A stretch of 64,000 bases of DNA, taken from positions 7,564,001-7,628,000 of the forward strand of contig NC_092002.1 of assembly GCF_044704955.1 (NCBI RefSeq), in the 5' to 3' direction. Positions within the stretch are counted from its first letter, which is position 1; every line of letters begins with the position of its first letter. The translations under genes were made by a program, and so were the position numbers. This document shows, in pieces, positions 24,901 to 34,430 of this stretch. This DNA comes from Pristiophorus japonicus. Taxonomy: Eukaryota. The notes under the pieces were generated by a model that searched no databases, was not told the DNA's origin, and saw nothing but the letters and a program-made list of their open reading frames with translations.

Positions 24901-27900
24901 AGGCCGAAGTGAGGTCCACCTTGGTGAACAGCTTGCCGCCTGCCAGCGTGGCAAAAAGATCCTCCGCTCTCGGAAGCGGGTATTGGTCTTGTAGTGACAC
25001 TCGGTTGATGATGGCCTTGTAGTCGCCATAGATCCTGACCGAGCCATCCGTTTTTAGGACGGGGCCAATGGTGTTTGCCCAGTCGCTGAATTCAACGGGC
25101 GAAATTATGCCCTCTCTTAGCAACCTGTCCAGCTCACTCACAATTTTCTCCAGCATCACATACGGCACAGCTCTGGCTTTATGGTGCACTGGTCTGGCGT
25201 CCGGGGTGATGCGCATCACTACTTTGGTACCTTTGAAAGTCCCGACACCAGTTTGAAATAGTGACTCAAACTTTTGTAGGACCTGTGAGCATGAACTTCG
25301 CTCCACAGATGAAATGGCGTGCACATCCCCCCCTTTTCCAGTTCATCTCGGCTAGCCAGCTCCTCCCCAAAAGCGCGGGACCATTTCCCAGGACAATCCA
25401 GAGTGGCAGCCGGTTCTCTGATCCATTATGTGTGACCACCAACATTGCACTGCATAGCACTGGGATTTTCTCTTTGGTGTACGTCCGTAATTGCGTGTCA
25501 ATGCATTCTAGTTTGGGTCTGCTATGAGTGGCCATAGTTTCTCGAATTGTTGGACACTCATAAATGACTGGCTGGCTCCTGTGTCCAGCTCCATGTGTAC
25601 CGGGGTGCCGTTTAACAGTACTCTCATCATCATAGGTGGCGTCTTTGTGTATGAGCTGTGGATGTTTGCCTGAACCCGCTGAACTTCAGCGTCCATTGCT
25701 GTGTCCCAAGCATAACCCTGCCTTGCAGACCCCTCTTGTGGTTCATCCGCTTCGTAAACCAGCCTTGCTGCGGGCTTCCTGCACATTCTGGCTAAATGTC
25801 CACTGAAGTTACAATTTCTGCAGATAAATTGTTGAAACCTGCAGGTTTTCGCAGCATGTCTGCCCCCGCACCTCCATCATGAGCTGAGATTGTTGTGAAC
25901 AAAAGAGCTGTTACCAGGCATTCCTCTCCGATTATCTCTGATTACTCTTGAGCACTCTGTTTGTGGGTGTCAATGGTCCCATCCTGGGACGTATTGTCCC
26001 TTGTGATGGTGTAAATGTCTGTTCAACCTGCCATTGTCTCTGTTGAGGACCCACCCTAGAGTCTGTTACTGCCTGGTTGGTGCCGAATTGCCCTTGCCTG
26101 CCTGCGGGGTTTTGAGTCGCGTTTACCATGTTAACTCCCTGCTCCATCGCCACGTTGGGAGCAGAGTTGCGCGCGTATATGATCTTGGTTTCCTCCTCCA
26201 CCGCCATGAAGGTTTGAGCCATCAATGCCGCTTCTTCCAAGGTCAAGTCCTTGGTCTCAATTAGCTTCCTAAAAATCCCGGCATGACCAATGCCCAATGA
26301 AGAAATCCCGTAACATCTCCCCTCTGCAGGTGACTGCGAACTTAGAGGCTGGCCAAGCGCCGAAGGTCCGCAACAAAGTCTGGTATGCTCTGCCCTTCCC
26401 GATGTCAGTGCGTATAGAATCGGTGTCGGGCCATGTGTATACTACTCGCCGGTTTGAGGTACTCACCGATCAGTTTGCTGAGCTCCTCAAAGGTCTTCTC
26501 TGCCGGCTTCTCGGGTGCGAGCAGGTCTTTCTTCAGCGCGTACGTCTTAGGTCTACAGCTGGTCAGTAGATGCGCCCTTCGCTTGTCAGCCGCTGCCGCT
26601 CCCAGCCAGTCCTTTGTGACAAAGCTCTGCTGGAGCCTCAACGAAATCGTCCCAGTCCTCACCAACACAGTACCGTTCCTCTGTGCTACTGGTGGCCATT
26701 CTCGTGAGTCGTTGATTCCCGTTTCTCGTCGCCAAATGTTGTGTCCTTAGACTCTACTGTAAATCAACACAAGGCACATACTGGAGACAAGGTCACTCTG
26801 ACCTGTACCTTTATTCAGGACCAAGTAGTGATGACCCTGCATGAGACCTCCCTTTTATATACCTGGATGACCAGGTGAGGAGTGTCTCCCACAAGTTCAC
26901 CCCCTGTGGTCAAGGTGTGCATTTCTTAGGTGTATACAGTGTACAGTGTTACATGAAGGTTACAGTTAAATGAAGGTTACATACATGGCTCTCTTGATGT
27001 TGAATTAGGGAGAGAAGTACAAATATCTAATTGTGACAATTCCAGCCTTAGAATCGTAGAATCTTACAGCACAGGATGAGGTCGTTTAGCCCACTAGGCC
27101 CATGCCAGCTCTTTTGAAAGAGCTATCCAATTAGTCCCACTCATTCCCCACAGCCCTGCAACATTTTTCCTTTTTAAGCACATATCCACATCCTTTTTGA
27201 AAGTTACTGTTGAATCTGCTTCCATCGCCCTTTCAGGCAGCTTCTTCCAGATCACAACAACTCGCTGCGTAAAGAAAGTCTCCTCATCTCCCTCTTGGTA
27301 CCTTTTGCCAATATCTTCAATCTCTGTCCTCCAGTTATCGACTCTCCTGCCAGTGGAAACAGTTTCTCCCTACCTACTCCGTCAAAACTTTCACAATTTT
27401 GAACACCTCTATTAAATCTCCCCTTAGCCTTCTCTGCTCTAAAGGAAATAATCCCATCTTCTCCAGTCTCTTCACATAACTGAAGTCACTCATCCCTAAT
27501 ACCATCCTAGTAAATCTTCCTCCACACCCTCACCAAGACCTTCCCACCCTTCCTAAAGTATGATGCCCAGAATTGGACACAATACTCCAGCTGAGGCTTA
27601 ACCAGTGATTTATAAAGGTCTTACATTTCGCTCAGTGATTTATGGAGGTTTAGCATAACTACCAGTGATTTATAAAGGTATTGCATAACTACTAGTGATT
27701 TATAAAGGTGTCGCATAACTACCAGTGATTTATGGAGGTTTAACATGGTTACCAGTGATTTATGAAGGTTTAACATAGTTACCAGTGATTTATGGAGGTT
27801 TAACATAACTTAGCGTCTCGTCTGTTGAAGGGAGAGTTGTGCATTGGAGTGTAGCTGGTTATCTGACTCCCTGACTGTCATCTCCAGGACAGCGATGAAA

Positions 27901-30900
27901 GCGAACGTTGGCTGTCCTCGAGTGATAACATGGAAGACAATGACATCACCTGGACCCCGTACTGCAGAGGAAAGCTTTCGCAGCAAACTGCTTCGAGCAA
28001 GCAGAAGCGCACCAAGAACGTCAGCCAAGCCAACCACAGCAAGATGCGCAGGAAGAGGAGCTGCACCCTCCAGCTCAAGAAGAAATGTGTCAACGGCTTC
28101 ATCATGTTCTGTCGTATTAACCGGAGGCTGTACATCAGGTAGAGAGGCATGCGGGCACATTATACAGTGCATCAGCGAGAGGGGAGAGAGTGAGATATGG
28201 TACATCAGAGAGAGGGTGAGATACAGTACATCAGAGAGAGGAGAAGGTGAGATACAGTACATCATAGAGGGGAGAGGGTGGGATTATGGTACATCACAGA
28301 GGGGAGGGGGTGAGATATGGTACATCAGAGAGGGGGGACAGTGTGAGAGAAGAGTTTTTTTTATTCGTTCATTATTACCTTAACAATACTATAAATCACT
28401 GGCAAAGCCAATATTTATTGCCCATCCCTAGCTGCCCTTGAGAAGGTGGTGGTGAGCCGCTGCCTTGAACCGCTGCAGTCCATTTGGTGAAGGTGCTCCC
28501 ACAGTGCTGACTTTGTCAACAAGGTTTTGGTACAACCGAGTATCTCGCTGGGCCATTTCAGAGGGCAGTTAAGGGTCAACCACATTGCTGTAGGTCTGGA
28601 GTCACATATAGGCCCAGACCAGGTAGATTTCCTTCCCTAAAGGACATTAATAAACATGTGTGGGTTTTTACAACAATCCGGTAGTTTCATGGTTACTAGC
28701 TTTTCATTCCAGATTTATTTAATTAACTGAATTTAAATTTCCCCAGCTGCCGTGGTGGGATTTGAACTCGCGTATCTGGATCACTAGTCCAGTAATATTG
28801 CTATTATGCTACTGTACTCTTAGCATATAGAATGTGACACAGTACATCAGTTACGAAGATTGAGTCTTCATTCCTGTTCTTTCAGCAAGTTTGCATTATC
28901 TCCCTGCGCTCCCCTCCACTCCTGCTTAGGACCACAGAGTCTTCACTCACCTCAGTCCTGCACTTCGCAAAGATATTCCTTAAACCCTTCTGTGCTACTA
29001 CCTCCCCCCCGCCCTCCCCATCTCTGATCTCAAAGTCTACCCCTTTGCTCACCTCCCCGAACCTTGCTCCCATTACTGTCCAGCTGTCGCCTCTGCGAAG
29101 CGCACTGGGACACTTTATTACCTTAATGACGCGATAAAAATTCATGCCCTTGTTGCAAATTCTAGAAGAAAGGGGAGGTGAGAGGATCCACTATTATGAG
29201 TCCTGGGTAGAAATGAATTAAAGCAGGAACATAGTACATTGAGTCTTGATTTCACAGCGGGGAATCCGGGGTGGAGGAAGGGCTTGAATAAAGCAACATC
29301 TTGTGGTTGCTAAGTAACCATGCACTGTCGTGCCAGATTCTCTACTGTTCATATTTAAGTCAAAGTGATTGATCAGAATCCCTCGTGTTTCCACAGTGAC
29401 CATCCCGGAACTGCTTCTACGGTTGCTACCAAAGCTTTGGCTCACGTGTGGCGCACCATGTCAAAAAATGAACGCCGGCCATACTGGTAAGTTGGGCAGA
29501 AAAATGGTGCACCACGGAGACTCACGGTGGCAGCTATCTAATCAGCAGGGGAAAGCGTAGGAGTTTTGTTTTGACCAAGAGAGGGCAAGAGCTCCTCCAG
29601 TGGCTCTGTTGGTGTTTTGCTTATTCATTCTCAGGATGTGGGCATCGTTGGCAAGGCCGGCATTTATTGCCCATCCCTAATTGCCCCTTGAGAAGGTGGT
29701 GGTGAGCCGCCTTCTTGAACCGCTGCAGTCCGTGTGGTGAAGGTGCTCCCACAGTGCCGTTAAGGAGGGAGTTCCAGGATTTTGACCTAGCCACGATGAA
29801 GGAACGGCTGATATATTTCCAAGTCAAGATGGTGTGTGACTTGGGGGTGATGGTGTTCCCATGCGCCCGCTGCCCTTGTCCTTCGAGGTGGCAGTGGTCA
29901 CGGGTTTTGGAGGTGCTGCCGAAGGTAGTCATATTGCCCTGTGTAGAACTGAGGCATACAGACCAGAAAGATCCCAGGATCGATCTCTGGTCCGTGCTGA
30001 GGTGACTGTTCACCGCGGGCAACGGCAGGACAATGCAATTGGTCCCAGTGCCCACGGGCTAGGGAGAGGAAAAATTCCGATCACAAAGCAAAGAAGTTGC
30101 GCTAAACGTTTGCAAATTACTGGTTAGACCTCAGCTGGAGTATTGTGTCCAATTCTGGGCCCCACGCTTTGGGAAGGATGTCAAAGCCTTGGAGTGGGTG
30201 CAGAGGAGGAAGGTACCAGGGACTTCAGTTATGTGAGGAGAATAGAGAAGGTGGGATTACTCTCCTTGGAGCAGAAAAGGGTAAGAGGAGATTTAATAGA
30301 GGTGTTCACAGTTATGAAAGGTTTTGATAAAGTAGATGGGGGAGAAACTGTTTCCAGTGGCAGGAGTGTTGGTAACCAGTGGACACAGATTTAAGATAAT
30401 TGGCAAAAGAACTAAGAGGGAGATGAAGAGAATTTTCTTTACTTGGCGAGTTGTTGTGATCTGGAACGCGCTGCCTGAAAGGGCGGTGAGAGCAGATTCG
30501 GTAGTAAACTTCAAAGGGAAATTGGATAAATGCTCGTAACAAAGAAATTGCTGGGCTATGGGGAAAGAGCGGGGGAGTGCGACCAATTAGATAGCTCTTT
30601 CAAACAGCCGGCACAGACACAATGAGCCAAGTTATCACCTCCTGTGCTGTATAATTTCTATGGTTCACTATTTGTGCTGGAAAGTGAGTGGATGGTACAT
30701 TGAGGATTTGATCAGGCTTGGCTGTGATGCCCCCTGTAGCCAAGCAGCCTGCCAACAAAAAAGAAAAAGAATGACTTACATTTCTATAGCGCTGTCCCAA
30801 AGCGCTTTACAACCAATGAAGTACTTTTGGAGTGTAGTCACTGTTGTAATGTGGCAGCCAATTTGCGCACAGCAAGCTCCCACAAACAGCAATAATGACC

Positions 30901-31663
30901 AGATGACCTGTTTTTTTAGTGATGTTGGTTGAGGGATAAATATTGGCCAGGATACCAGGAATAACTCCCCTGCTCTTCTTCGCAATAGTGCCCGTGAGAT
31001 CTTTTACATCCACCTGAGAGGGCAGACGGGGCCTCGGTTTAAGGTCTCCTACGAAAGACGGCACCTCTGACAGTGCAGCACTCCCTCAGCACTGCACTGG
31101 GAGCGTCAGCCTAGATTTATGTGCTCCAGTCCCTGGAGTTGCTTCTTGGATGAGGAGCCAGAGGGCTGCCTGCACCCACGGTGCTGCACCACACCACAAG
31201 TCAGCATCTTTAGGAGACGAAGGGAGAAAACTGATTAGAAAAAGAGCCAGACGGTGTTCCCACCCCAGATTGTTACCCAGTGACTCATGTGTATCGAGTG
31301 AGAATCAGGCTCGAGTAATCGAAAACAAAAAATAAACAATGGGACAGTATGTAAACTGAAAGTACACCGCCCTCCCACACACTTACTTTCTCTTTTATGC
31401 TGTCACCTGCCCTTATTAAACCTGTATCTTCGTTTACATACAGTAATCCCATTAATCACAGAAAGTGGATACTGCAATCCCACTAATCACAGAAAGTGGC
31501 TGTGGGGTCGCTGGCTTAAGCCGGCTCTTAGCAAGATGAGAATTTTATTTAAATTTTCTATCCCCTCTTTCTCGTCTCATCTCTCTTGATTCTTTCCAGA
31601 GGACAGTTCCACTGCCCTAGCTGCCGCTATGGTACCTCGCTAAAGTGCCCATTTTCCCTGAGT

Positions 31664-31700
<37 letters not shown>

Positions 31701-34356
31701 GTTTATCAGGTACAACACAGGCTAGATGTAGAGGAAAGTTCTCTCTGCTCAATCCCAACCTAAGAGCGTCCGTAACACCGCCCGTAACATCACCCGCCTC
31801 CGCCCTTACCATCTGCTGCTAAAGCCCTCATCCATGCCTTTGTTACCGCTAGACTTGACTATTCCAACGCACTCCTGGCTGGCTTCCCACATTCTACCCT
31901 ACATAAACTAGAGGTGATCCAAATCTCGGCTGCCCGTGTCTTAACTCGCACCTTGGTGTCCTGCTCACCCATTACCCCCTGTGCTCGCCGACCTACATTG
32001 GCTTCCAGTTAAGCAACGTTTCGATTTCAAAATTCTTATCCTAATTTTCAAATCCCTCCATGGCCTCACCCCTCCCTGTCTCTGTAATCTCCTCCAGCCC
32101 CACAACCACCCGAGATGTCTGCGCTCCTCTAATTCTGCCCTCTTGAGCATCCCTGATTAGAATCATTCAACTATTGGTGGCCATGCCTTCTGTTGCCTGG
32201 GCCCCAAGCTCTGGCACTCCCTGCCTAAACCTCTCCGCCTCTCTAACTCTCTTTCCTCCTTCAAGATTCTCCTTAAAACATACCTCTTTGACCAAGCTTT
32301 TGGTCACCTGCCCTAATTTCTACTTATGTGGCTCGGTGTCAAATTTTTTAACTCATAATACTCCTGTGAAGCGCCTTGGAACATTTCACTATGTTAAAGG
32401 CGCTATATAAATATGTTTTGTTGCTGTTTTCCCATATTGCAGCGGTGTAAGTTGTTCCACTTATCTCACCAGTCATATCTGAGTGAGGAGAGATTGAATA
32501 GATTGAGCCTATACTCCCTGGAGTTTTGAAGATTGAGGGATGATCTCATTGAAACATATAAGATTCTGAGAGAGATTGACAGGGTAGACATTGAGCTGGC
32601 TGGGGAGTCTGGAGCTAGGGGGTCACGGTCTCAGGATAAGGGGTCGGCCATTTAAGACTGAGATGAGGAGGAATTTCTTCACTGAGTGTTGAGAACCTTT
32701 GGAATTCTCTATCCCAGAGGGCTGTGGATGCTCAGTCAATGAATATATTCAAGGTTGAGATCGCTAGGTTTTTGGACTGTTAACGGAATCGAGGGATATG
32801 GGGATAGGGTGGGAAAGTGGAGTTGAGGTCGAAGATCAGCTATGATCTTATTGAATGGCGGAGCAGGCTCGAGGGGGCGTGTGGCCTACTTCTGCTCCTA
32901 ATTCTTATGTTCTTAAGAGTGGCATCTCTGAGTAAGATGGGCAGTTTGGTGGCAAGCTGTGGGATATTTAGTACAGTGGGTTGACACTGCTGAAGTGGAT
33001 GTTAAAGATCCAATGGCTCTCTCCCAGTATCCTAGCCAACTCCCTCAACCAACACCACCAAAAGTTAGCTGCTCATTCATCCCATTCCTGTTTGTTGGAT
33101 CTTGCTAGTGTAAAATGGCTGCCACGTTTTCCAACATCACAAGGGGCGTTATTCTTCAAAGTAATTGTGTGAGACACGCTTTGAAATGTTTCTGCGAGAT
33201 GTGATAAGATGCCGCACAAATGTTTTCAATTTGTCATGTCATGTTAGTGCACTGCTTTGCCACCGAAAAAAAAATTTTTTATTACTGACTCTAAATTTCC
33301 AAATTAATTTTGCAATCCTAGTCCGAATGAGGTGCTTAAATTGCACCATTAACCACTTTTTTTTAGCCAGGCTCTTTAACTTTCTCAACCTGCAGCGAAG
33401 GTTCACCAGACTGATTCCTGGGATGGGGGGATTGTCCTATGAGGAGAGATTGAGTAGACTAGGCCGATATTCTCTAGAGTTTAGAAGAATGAGAGGTGAT
33501 CTAATTGAAACATACAAAATTCTTGCAGGGCTTGACAGGGTAGATGCAGGGAGGATGTTTCCCCTGGCTGGGGAGACTAGAACCAGGGGTCATATAGTCT
33601 CAGAATAAGGGGTCGGCCATTTAGGACTGAGATGAGGAGAAATCTCTTTACTCAGAGGGTGGCGAATCTTTGGAATTCTCTACCCCAGAGAACTTGAAGG
33701 CTCAGTTGTTGAGTACATTCAAGGCTGAGATCGATAGATTTTTGACTATTAAGGGAATCAAGGGATATGGGAACAGTGCAGGAAAATGGAGTTGAGGTAT
33801 AAGATCAGCCGTGATCTCATTGAATGGCGGAGCAGGCTCGAGGGGCCAAACGGCCGATTCCTGCTCCACTTCTTATGTTCTTCTGTTCTTTAGAAGAGAT
33901 TTGTTAAGCAAAGGGATCTTTTAAACTCTCTTGATAAAGTCTGCAATTTTGCAACAGTCCCTTAAGCCAATTGAAATTTGTGCTCTTTCATGGTAACCTT
34001 CAGCATGCCTGCCAAGCGGCAGTGTGTTAAACGGGTGGAAATTGGGACAGCAATAAGTGCGGTTTTCAGCAGGAGGAGCTGATCGGCTGATATTTGATAA
34101 CCTGGGAGTTGTGCGTTGTGCTGCTTCTACAGTCAGAGGTTGGGCCTGATTAAAGCAGGAGGGGAGGAGATATGATCTTTTAGCCAATACTCAATGTGCC
34201 TCTCTCTCTCTTTCTCCTTTTTTTTTTCTCTCTGTCATTCTCAGTATCAAGGCCCGTGAATTCAGCAAGATGAATAACCGCATCGTGAGGCTGGATAGCT
34301 CGTCGAGCGAAGAGAGGGAGGAGGTGGAAATGCCCGAACCTCTCCACCTCCTGTAA
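842..34356 (+). CDS. MEIOSIN: MEIOSIN/BHMG1 orthologue (bHLH + HMG-box meiosis initiator), 5'-partial; coding exons 842-947, 2789-2947, 4870-5100, 5621-5735, 8366-8460, 13948-14091, 19368-19489, 20197-20400, 27888-28138, 29397-29486, 34245-34356
   Basis: All 11 exons have AG acceptors, the 10 internal ones have GT donors, and the phases match; total 1629 nt, open to TAA at 34354-34356. Motifs recalled from mammalian MEIOSIN appear in the right order: [11 protein letters not shown] (bHLH helix 2), [92 protein letters not shown]. Confidence 0.92.
1615..2738 (+). mobile_element. Two L2-like LINE 3' ends with a nested SINE fragment (about 1890-2135)
   Basis: [30 protein letters not shown] is the typical L2 ORF2 C-terminus; tail tacgttaaaggtgctatataaat followed by (gtt)n. 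Confidence 0.8.
2789..2947 (+). CDS. MEIOSIN: MEIOSIN exon with basic NLS-like PKPRKKKR
   Basis: ttttctttcctag| acceptor; ACAG|gtagag donor; phase 1 to 1; EYCLNG...STPPS...[13 protein letters not shown]. Confidence 0.88.
3085..3545. repeat. Tandem minisatellite, about 67-68 bp unit, about 7 copies
   Basis: Repeated unit agggcaggtacagcacggggttagatacagagtaaagctccctctacactgtcccatcaaacactccc. Confidence 0.92.
4273..4722 (+). mobile_element. Near full-length DeuSINE (SacSINE1-like)
   Basis: tRNA head with A/B boxes, Deu-like core gatgagacgttaaaccgagg…gatcccatg…gaagagcagggg, L2-like tail gaaaggcgctatataaatgcaagtcttt. Confidence 0.88.
4870..5100 (+). CDS. MEIOSIN: MEIOSIN exon ([12 protein letters not shown]...[11 protein letters not shown]...)
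   Basis: tttttcctcctatcacag| acceptor; CGG|gtaact donor; phase 1 to 1; open frame. Confidence 0.82.
5195..5560 (+). mobile_element. Older, diverged DeuSINE
   Basis: ttggctcagttggtagcac head and a degenerate Deu-like core. Confidence 0.65.
5621..5735 (+). CDS. MEIOSIN: MEIOSIN exon ([19 protein letters not shown]...GSPYP)
   Basis: tttctgtcacttgggcag| acceptor; CAAG|gtaaca donor; phase 1 to 2, which is needed to join the 5100 and 8366 exons. Confidence 0.72.
5860..6720 (+). mobile_element. L2 3' end interrupted by an RTE insertion
   Basis: L2 sequence resumes after the RTE (cttaaaacct|acctctttgacc…) and ends with the aaaggtgctatataaatgcaagtt tail. Confidence 0.8.
6170..6569 (-). mobile_element. 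RTE-clade LINE 3' end with 10-bp TSD
   Basis: (TGA)n tail (catcatcat on +) after gggactgccta; TSD cttaaaacct at 6160-6169 and 6570-6579. Confidence 0.85.
6903..7543 (+). mobile_element. Non-autonomous element with RTE-type 3' end
   Basis: Same family at about 50020-50410 (+) and 62970-63460 (-); ends in caagtcatc…tcgagggactgcc like the RTE 3' end. Confidence 0.7.
7547..8154. mobile_element. PIF/Harbinger-like MITE
   Basis: TIRs ggggcggattttc … gaaaatccagccc; 3-bp TSD ATT at 7544-7546 and 8155-8157. Confidence 0.8.
8366..8460 (+). CDS. MEIOSIN: MEIOSIN exon ([31 protein letters not shown])
   Basis: tcttttctcgcacag| acceptor; GAG|gtgtga donor; phase 2 to 1; resembles the mammalian QKLVFY..acidic..PWLP segment. 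Confidence 0.85.
8828..9385 (-). mobile_element. CR1 LINE 3' fragment
   Basis: Minus-strand PHLEYCVQF…[20 protein letters not shown]…SLEFRRM.GDLIE; terminal ttcttatgttcttatg repeat. Confidence 0.88.
9835..13575 (-). mobile_element. DeuSINE split by a 3.3-kb DNA transposon (SINE parts 9835-10207 and 13527-13575)
   Basis: The SINE sequence …tatgtgctc|aagtctctggagtgggacttgaaccc resumes exactly after the transposon. Confidence 0.8.
10208..13526 (-). mobile_element. Harbinger/PIF-type DNA transposon carrying a degenerate Myb/SANT-like gene; no transposase seen
   Basis: TIRs gggctagaacctccactttt / revcomp gggatagaacttctactttt; 3-bp TSD CAT/CAA; minus-strand [23 protein letters not shown]…QCRK motif, ATG at 13097, GTAAGT donor at 12806-12801; further coding remnants at about 11150-11935. 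Confidence 0.8.
13948..14091 (+). CDS. MEIOSIN: MEIOSIN exon (…[27 protein letters not shown])
   Basis: Conserved [10 protein letters not shown] motif; CAAG|gtaacg donor; exact acceptor ambiguous among in-frame AGs ending at 13947/13950/13953/13956. Confidence 0.85.
14231..14631. repeat. Fold-back palindrome of two CR1 3' ends (about 198-bp arms, 5-nt loop)
   Basis: Minus-strand CR1 tail 14231-14428 and plus-strand CR1 tail 14434-14631 meet at ctctct-acccc-agagag. Confidence 0.9.
15054..16320. mobile_element. Solo LTR (TGTAATG…) inside a SINE head, itself interrupted by Tx1-like LINE copies
   Basis: TSD CCAGG at 15049-15053 and 16321-16325; LTR body (gagtggc.tagccagtcacgtgatg…gaacccatgaagcaaatacattaca) matches the uninterrupted copies at 42282 and 57074. 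Confidence 0.78.
15078..16072 (+). mobile_element. Two tandem 5'-truncated Tx1/L1-like LINE 3' ends (about 15078-15662 and 15680-16072)
   Basis: ORF2 C-terminal remnants ([34 protein letters not shown]) occur twice, each followed by an AT-rich 3' UTR. Confidence 0.72.
16647..17280. mobile_element. PIF/Harbinger-like MITE
   Basis: TIRs gggaccgaaattg … caatttcgacccc; 3-bp TSD CTG at 16644-16646 and 17281-17283. Confidence 0.78.
17505..18349 (-). mobile_element. Truncated Gypsy element: 5' LTR (18074-18349), PBS and gag N-terminus
   Basis: TG…CA LTR; PBS TGGCGACGAG (revcomp at 18062-18071); gag [31 protein letters not shown]…[14 protein letters not shown]. Confidence 0.8.
18706..19285 (-). mobile_element. 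RTE 3' end interrupted by a solo LTR
   Basis: (cat)n aggcagtccctcg end; same RTE sequence as 6170-6569. Confidence 0.8.
18779..18993. mobile_element. Solo LTR with 5-bp TSD CTTAG
   Basis: TG…CA ends; cttag at 18774-18778 and 18994-18998. Confidence 0.82.
19368..19489 (+). CDS. MEIOSIN: MEIOSIN exon ([11 protein letters not shown]...NLTLK)
   Basis: atttttcctccttacag| acceptor; AAG|gtacga donor; phase 1 to 0; matches the mammalian (A)FFEEVCL motif. Confidence 0.82.
20197..20400 (+). CDS. MEIOSIN: MEIOSIN exon (DDPDQ...[12 protein letters not shown]...LLQE)
   Basis: ctttgctttgcccag| acceptor; GAG|gttact donor; phase 0 to 0; DHCYL motif followed by a Ser-rich stretch. Confidence 0.85.
20590..20960 (+). 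mobile_element. DeuSINE
   Basis: B box, Deu-like core and the cattgctgtttgtgggagcttgctgtgcgc segment. Confidence 0.75.
22380..26990 (-). mobile_element. Near full-length, frameshifted Ty3/Gypsy LTR retrotransposon
   Basis: LTRs 22380-22632 and 26737-26990; TSD CTCTT; PBS TGGCGACGAG next to the 5' LTR; PPT gggggggaggtga next to the 3' LTR; gag ATG at 26699; protease LDTGAS; RT ([17 protein letters not shown]); RNase H (LETDHKPL); integrase ([24 protein letters not shown]), in Gypsy order. Confidence 0.95.
27050..27620 (-). mobile_element. CR1 LINE 3' fragment
   Basis: Revcomp of ggagtattgtgtccaattctggg… CR1 ORF2 end and 3' UTR. Confidence 0.78.
27601..27810. repeat. 30-bp tandem repeat, about 7 copies, CR1-derived
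   Basis: accagtgatttat(g/a)(g/a)aggtt(t)a(g/a)cata(a/g)ct in exact 30-bp register. Confidence 0.9.
27888..28138 (+). CDS. MEIOSIN: MEIOSIN exon, start of HMG box (…TWTP…[20 protein letters not shown])
   Basis: gtcatctccag| acceptor; CAG|gtagag donor; phase 0 to 2; HMG helix 1 N-G-F-I-M-F. Confidence 0.93.
28160..28345. repeat. Degenerate GA-rich tandem repeat, about 27-32 bp unit
   Basis: gagata(c/t)(a/g)gtacatcagagagggg repeated about 6 times. Confidence 0.75.
29397..29486 (+). CDS. MEIOSIN: MEIOSIN exon, HMG box middle ([30 protein letters not shown])
   Basis: gtgtttccacag| acceptor; TG|gtaagt donor; phase 2 to 2; HMG W..M...E..PY signature. Confidence 0.93.
29621..29925 (-). mobile_element. 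LINE 3' end (CR1/L2 superfamily; same family at 28360-28510, 54080-54795 and 61625-62410)
   Basis: Shared ttattcattc…gatgtgggc…gcaaggccggcatttattgcccatccc end; ORF2 remnant SWNSL..TV….GLQRFKK. Confidence 0.75.
30120..30662 (+). mobile_element. CR1 LINE 3' fragment
   Basis: [10 protein letters not shown]…[15 protein letters not shown]…[14 protein letters not shown]. Confidence 0.85.
30765..31140 (-). mobile_element. DeuSINE
   Basis: Reverse complement of the 4273-4722 family. Confidence 0.8.
31765..32425 (+). mobile_element. L2 LINE 3' fragment
   Basis: [17 protein letters not shown]…[13 protein letters not shown]; tail aaaggcgctatataaat. Confidence 0.85.
32475..33890 (+). mobile_element. 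Two CR1 3' ends (32475-32915 and 33390-33890)
   Basis: [44 protein letters not shown]; ttcttatgttct ends. Confidence 0.85.
34245..34356 (+). CDS. MEIOSIN: MEIOSIN last coding exon ([36 protein letters not shown])
   Basis: Long polypyrimidine tract ending in tctcag|; phase 2; end of HMG helix 3; TAA at 34354-34356. Confidence 0.9.
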
Positions 34357-34383
34357 GACGTCTTCCTATTCTGAGACACGCAG

Positions 34384-34384
<1 letters not shown>

Positions 34385-34426
<42 letters not shown>
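34385..34426. repeat. (CG)n(CA)n microsatellite just after the MEIOSIN stop codon
   Basis: gcgcgcgcgc acacacac…. Confidence 0.9.

Positions 34427-34430
<4 letters not shown>

Noticed and set aside
27621-27806. ORF with repeated MLNLHKSLV peptide
   Set aside because: Translation of the 30-bp tandem repeat.
27844-28383. 179-aa + ORF and 151-aa - ORF over the HMG exon
   Set aside because: Off-frame or antisense shadows of the real exon, extended by a tandem repeat.
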